The notes beneath the pieces were generated by a model, which ran no database searches, was not told the origin of the DNA, and was given only the letters and a program-made list of their open reading frames with translations. From the NCBI GenBank assembly GCA_038087875.1, contig JAXLNO010005136.1:1-64000 (forward strand): 64,000 nucleotides of DNA, read 5' to 3'. Every line of letters begins with the position of its first letter. The first letter of the stretch is position 1. The stretch is from Malacoraja senta (lineage: Eukaryota). Below, piece by piece: positions 62,929-64,000 of the stretch. Both the position numbers and the translations under genes were made by a program.

Positions 62929-64000
62929 AAAGACCATTGTCGGAGAACTGAGCTGGAGTGTTTGGAAGAGACACATTCCACAGCGAGTAACCCAGCTCAA
63001 CTTCACTGATGGGTGATATGTCTGCCTTCCCAGTCTCTACCCAGTTGCTGCTGTCCATCCATCAGCGCTTGTTACCAGTTTCAATGTTCAACATCTGCGG
63101 CTATTTCTGTAGCCCCCTCAACTGGTGTGGAATTGACTTCCGGTCCAGTGAGTGCGTGCCACTTAGTGATTGCTTCTGTAACGAAATGCCAGGTGGTTAT
63201 GGTTCTGGATTAGCAGGGCTGAGGCCACAAGTTCATATCCGTGCAGTCAAACACTACAAGTTGGATACGTCACAGCCTGGCTTTCCTCACTGGTCAGAGA
63301 AGCAGTGTTCTGTAGCAAACTCCCAAATGCCACAGCAAAGGTCACCTGCCACCCAAACTCTCTTAAAGTCTTCAGCATAAACCTGGGCATTGGGCAGCAA
63401 ATGTTACCTTGCCAGTTTTGTTCACACACTAAAGAAAGCCAGTACTTTTAACTAAAGGGTGTGTACTGTTTGTAAGGTTAAGGAATTGGGCGAGTCTTGT
63501 GAAAATATCTCTGGCTGTACTTTCTGAAGCTACCTGAAATGTATCATCCCAACTTGGTGACTTTGCTCACGTGTTTCAGTTGAGGTGGGTTGGAGAGGGA
63601 ACACCCGCTTAGTGTACTTTTCAGCAATGTCCGAGAGACATGTACAATTATGACAACATTAGTGAAGTAGTGGAGTTGCTACATGCTGTGTTTATAAAAT
63701 CTTTGAATCACACAGTTCACAAATGGGTCCTTTGGTCCACCATCTCTATGCTGACCATCTGGTCATCTACACTAATCCCATGTACCCACATTAAGATCAT
63801 ATCTTTCTTCACCTCACCTTAAGTGCCTGACTAGTTCCTCTGGCAGCACATTGCAGGTATCAACCACTCTTAGCGTAAAAGACAGATTATCCCTTGGGTT
63901 GTATTTAGCCCTCCTTTCGCAGTGACTATATTTCCCACTATGTGTTTGAACTCTGGCTCTCTGCCTCACTAGTGGAGCACCGCAACCTTTCACACATACT

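Noticed and set aside
62929-64000. TP63 exon 11, or a canonical gamma poly(A) site
   Set aside because: I found no NKLPSVSQL-like frame and no AATAAA or ATTAAA after the gamma stop, only variants such as CATAAA, ACTAAA and TATAAA. Both probably lie beyond the window.

Overview
This is vertebrate genomic DNA, most likely from a cartilaginous fish (skate/ray, inferred from the repeat families). It is not a prokaryotic locus, so most short ORFs in the supplied track are artefacts. The window holds the central part of a TP63 (p63) gene on the + strand. It includes the internal deltaN promoter and first coding exon (MLYLENAAQSQYSE, 3113-3154), exons 4-10 (proline-rich region, DNA-binding domain, NLS, oligomerisation domain) and a recognisable gamma-type alternative terminal exon (62760-62928). 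Joining these gives a complete 406-aa deltaNp63gamma ORF with GT-AG junctions and consistent phases. The TA exons and the alpha/beta exons 11-14 were not found and presumably lie outside the window. The introns contain CR1, L2-like and Rex1/Babar LINE fragments, V-SINE and Deu-SINE copies, and a near-intact IR/DR Tc1 (Passport/Glan-like) transposon about 90 bp after exon 10. They also contain two long palindromes and more than 20 copies of a Penelope-derived element carrying a minimal hammerhead-ribozyme core, often folded back and flanked by 12-15 bp target-site duplications. Exon, TIR and TSD coordinates were counted by hand. Boundaries of decayed repeats are approximate. Comparisons with human and other reference sequences are from memory, not from a search.
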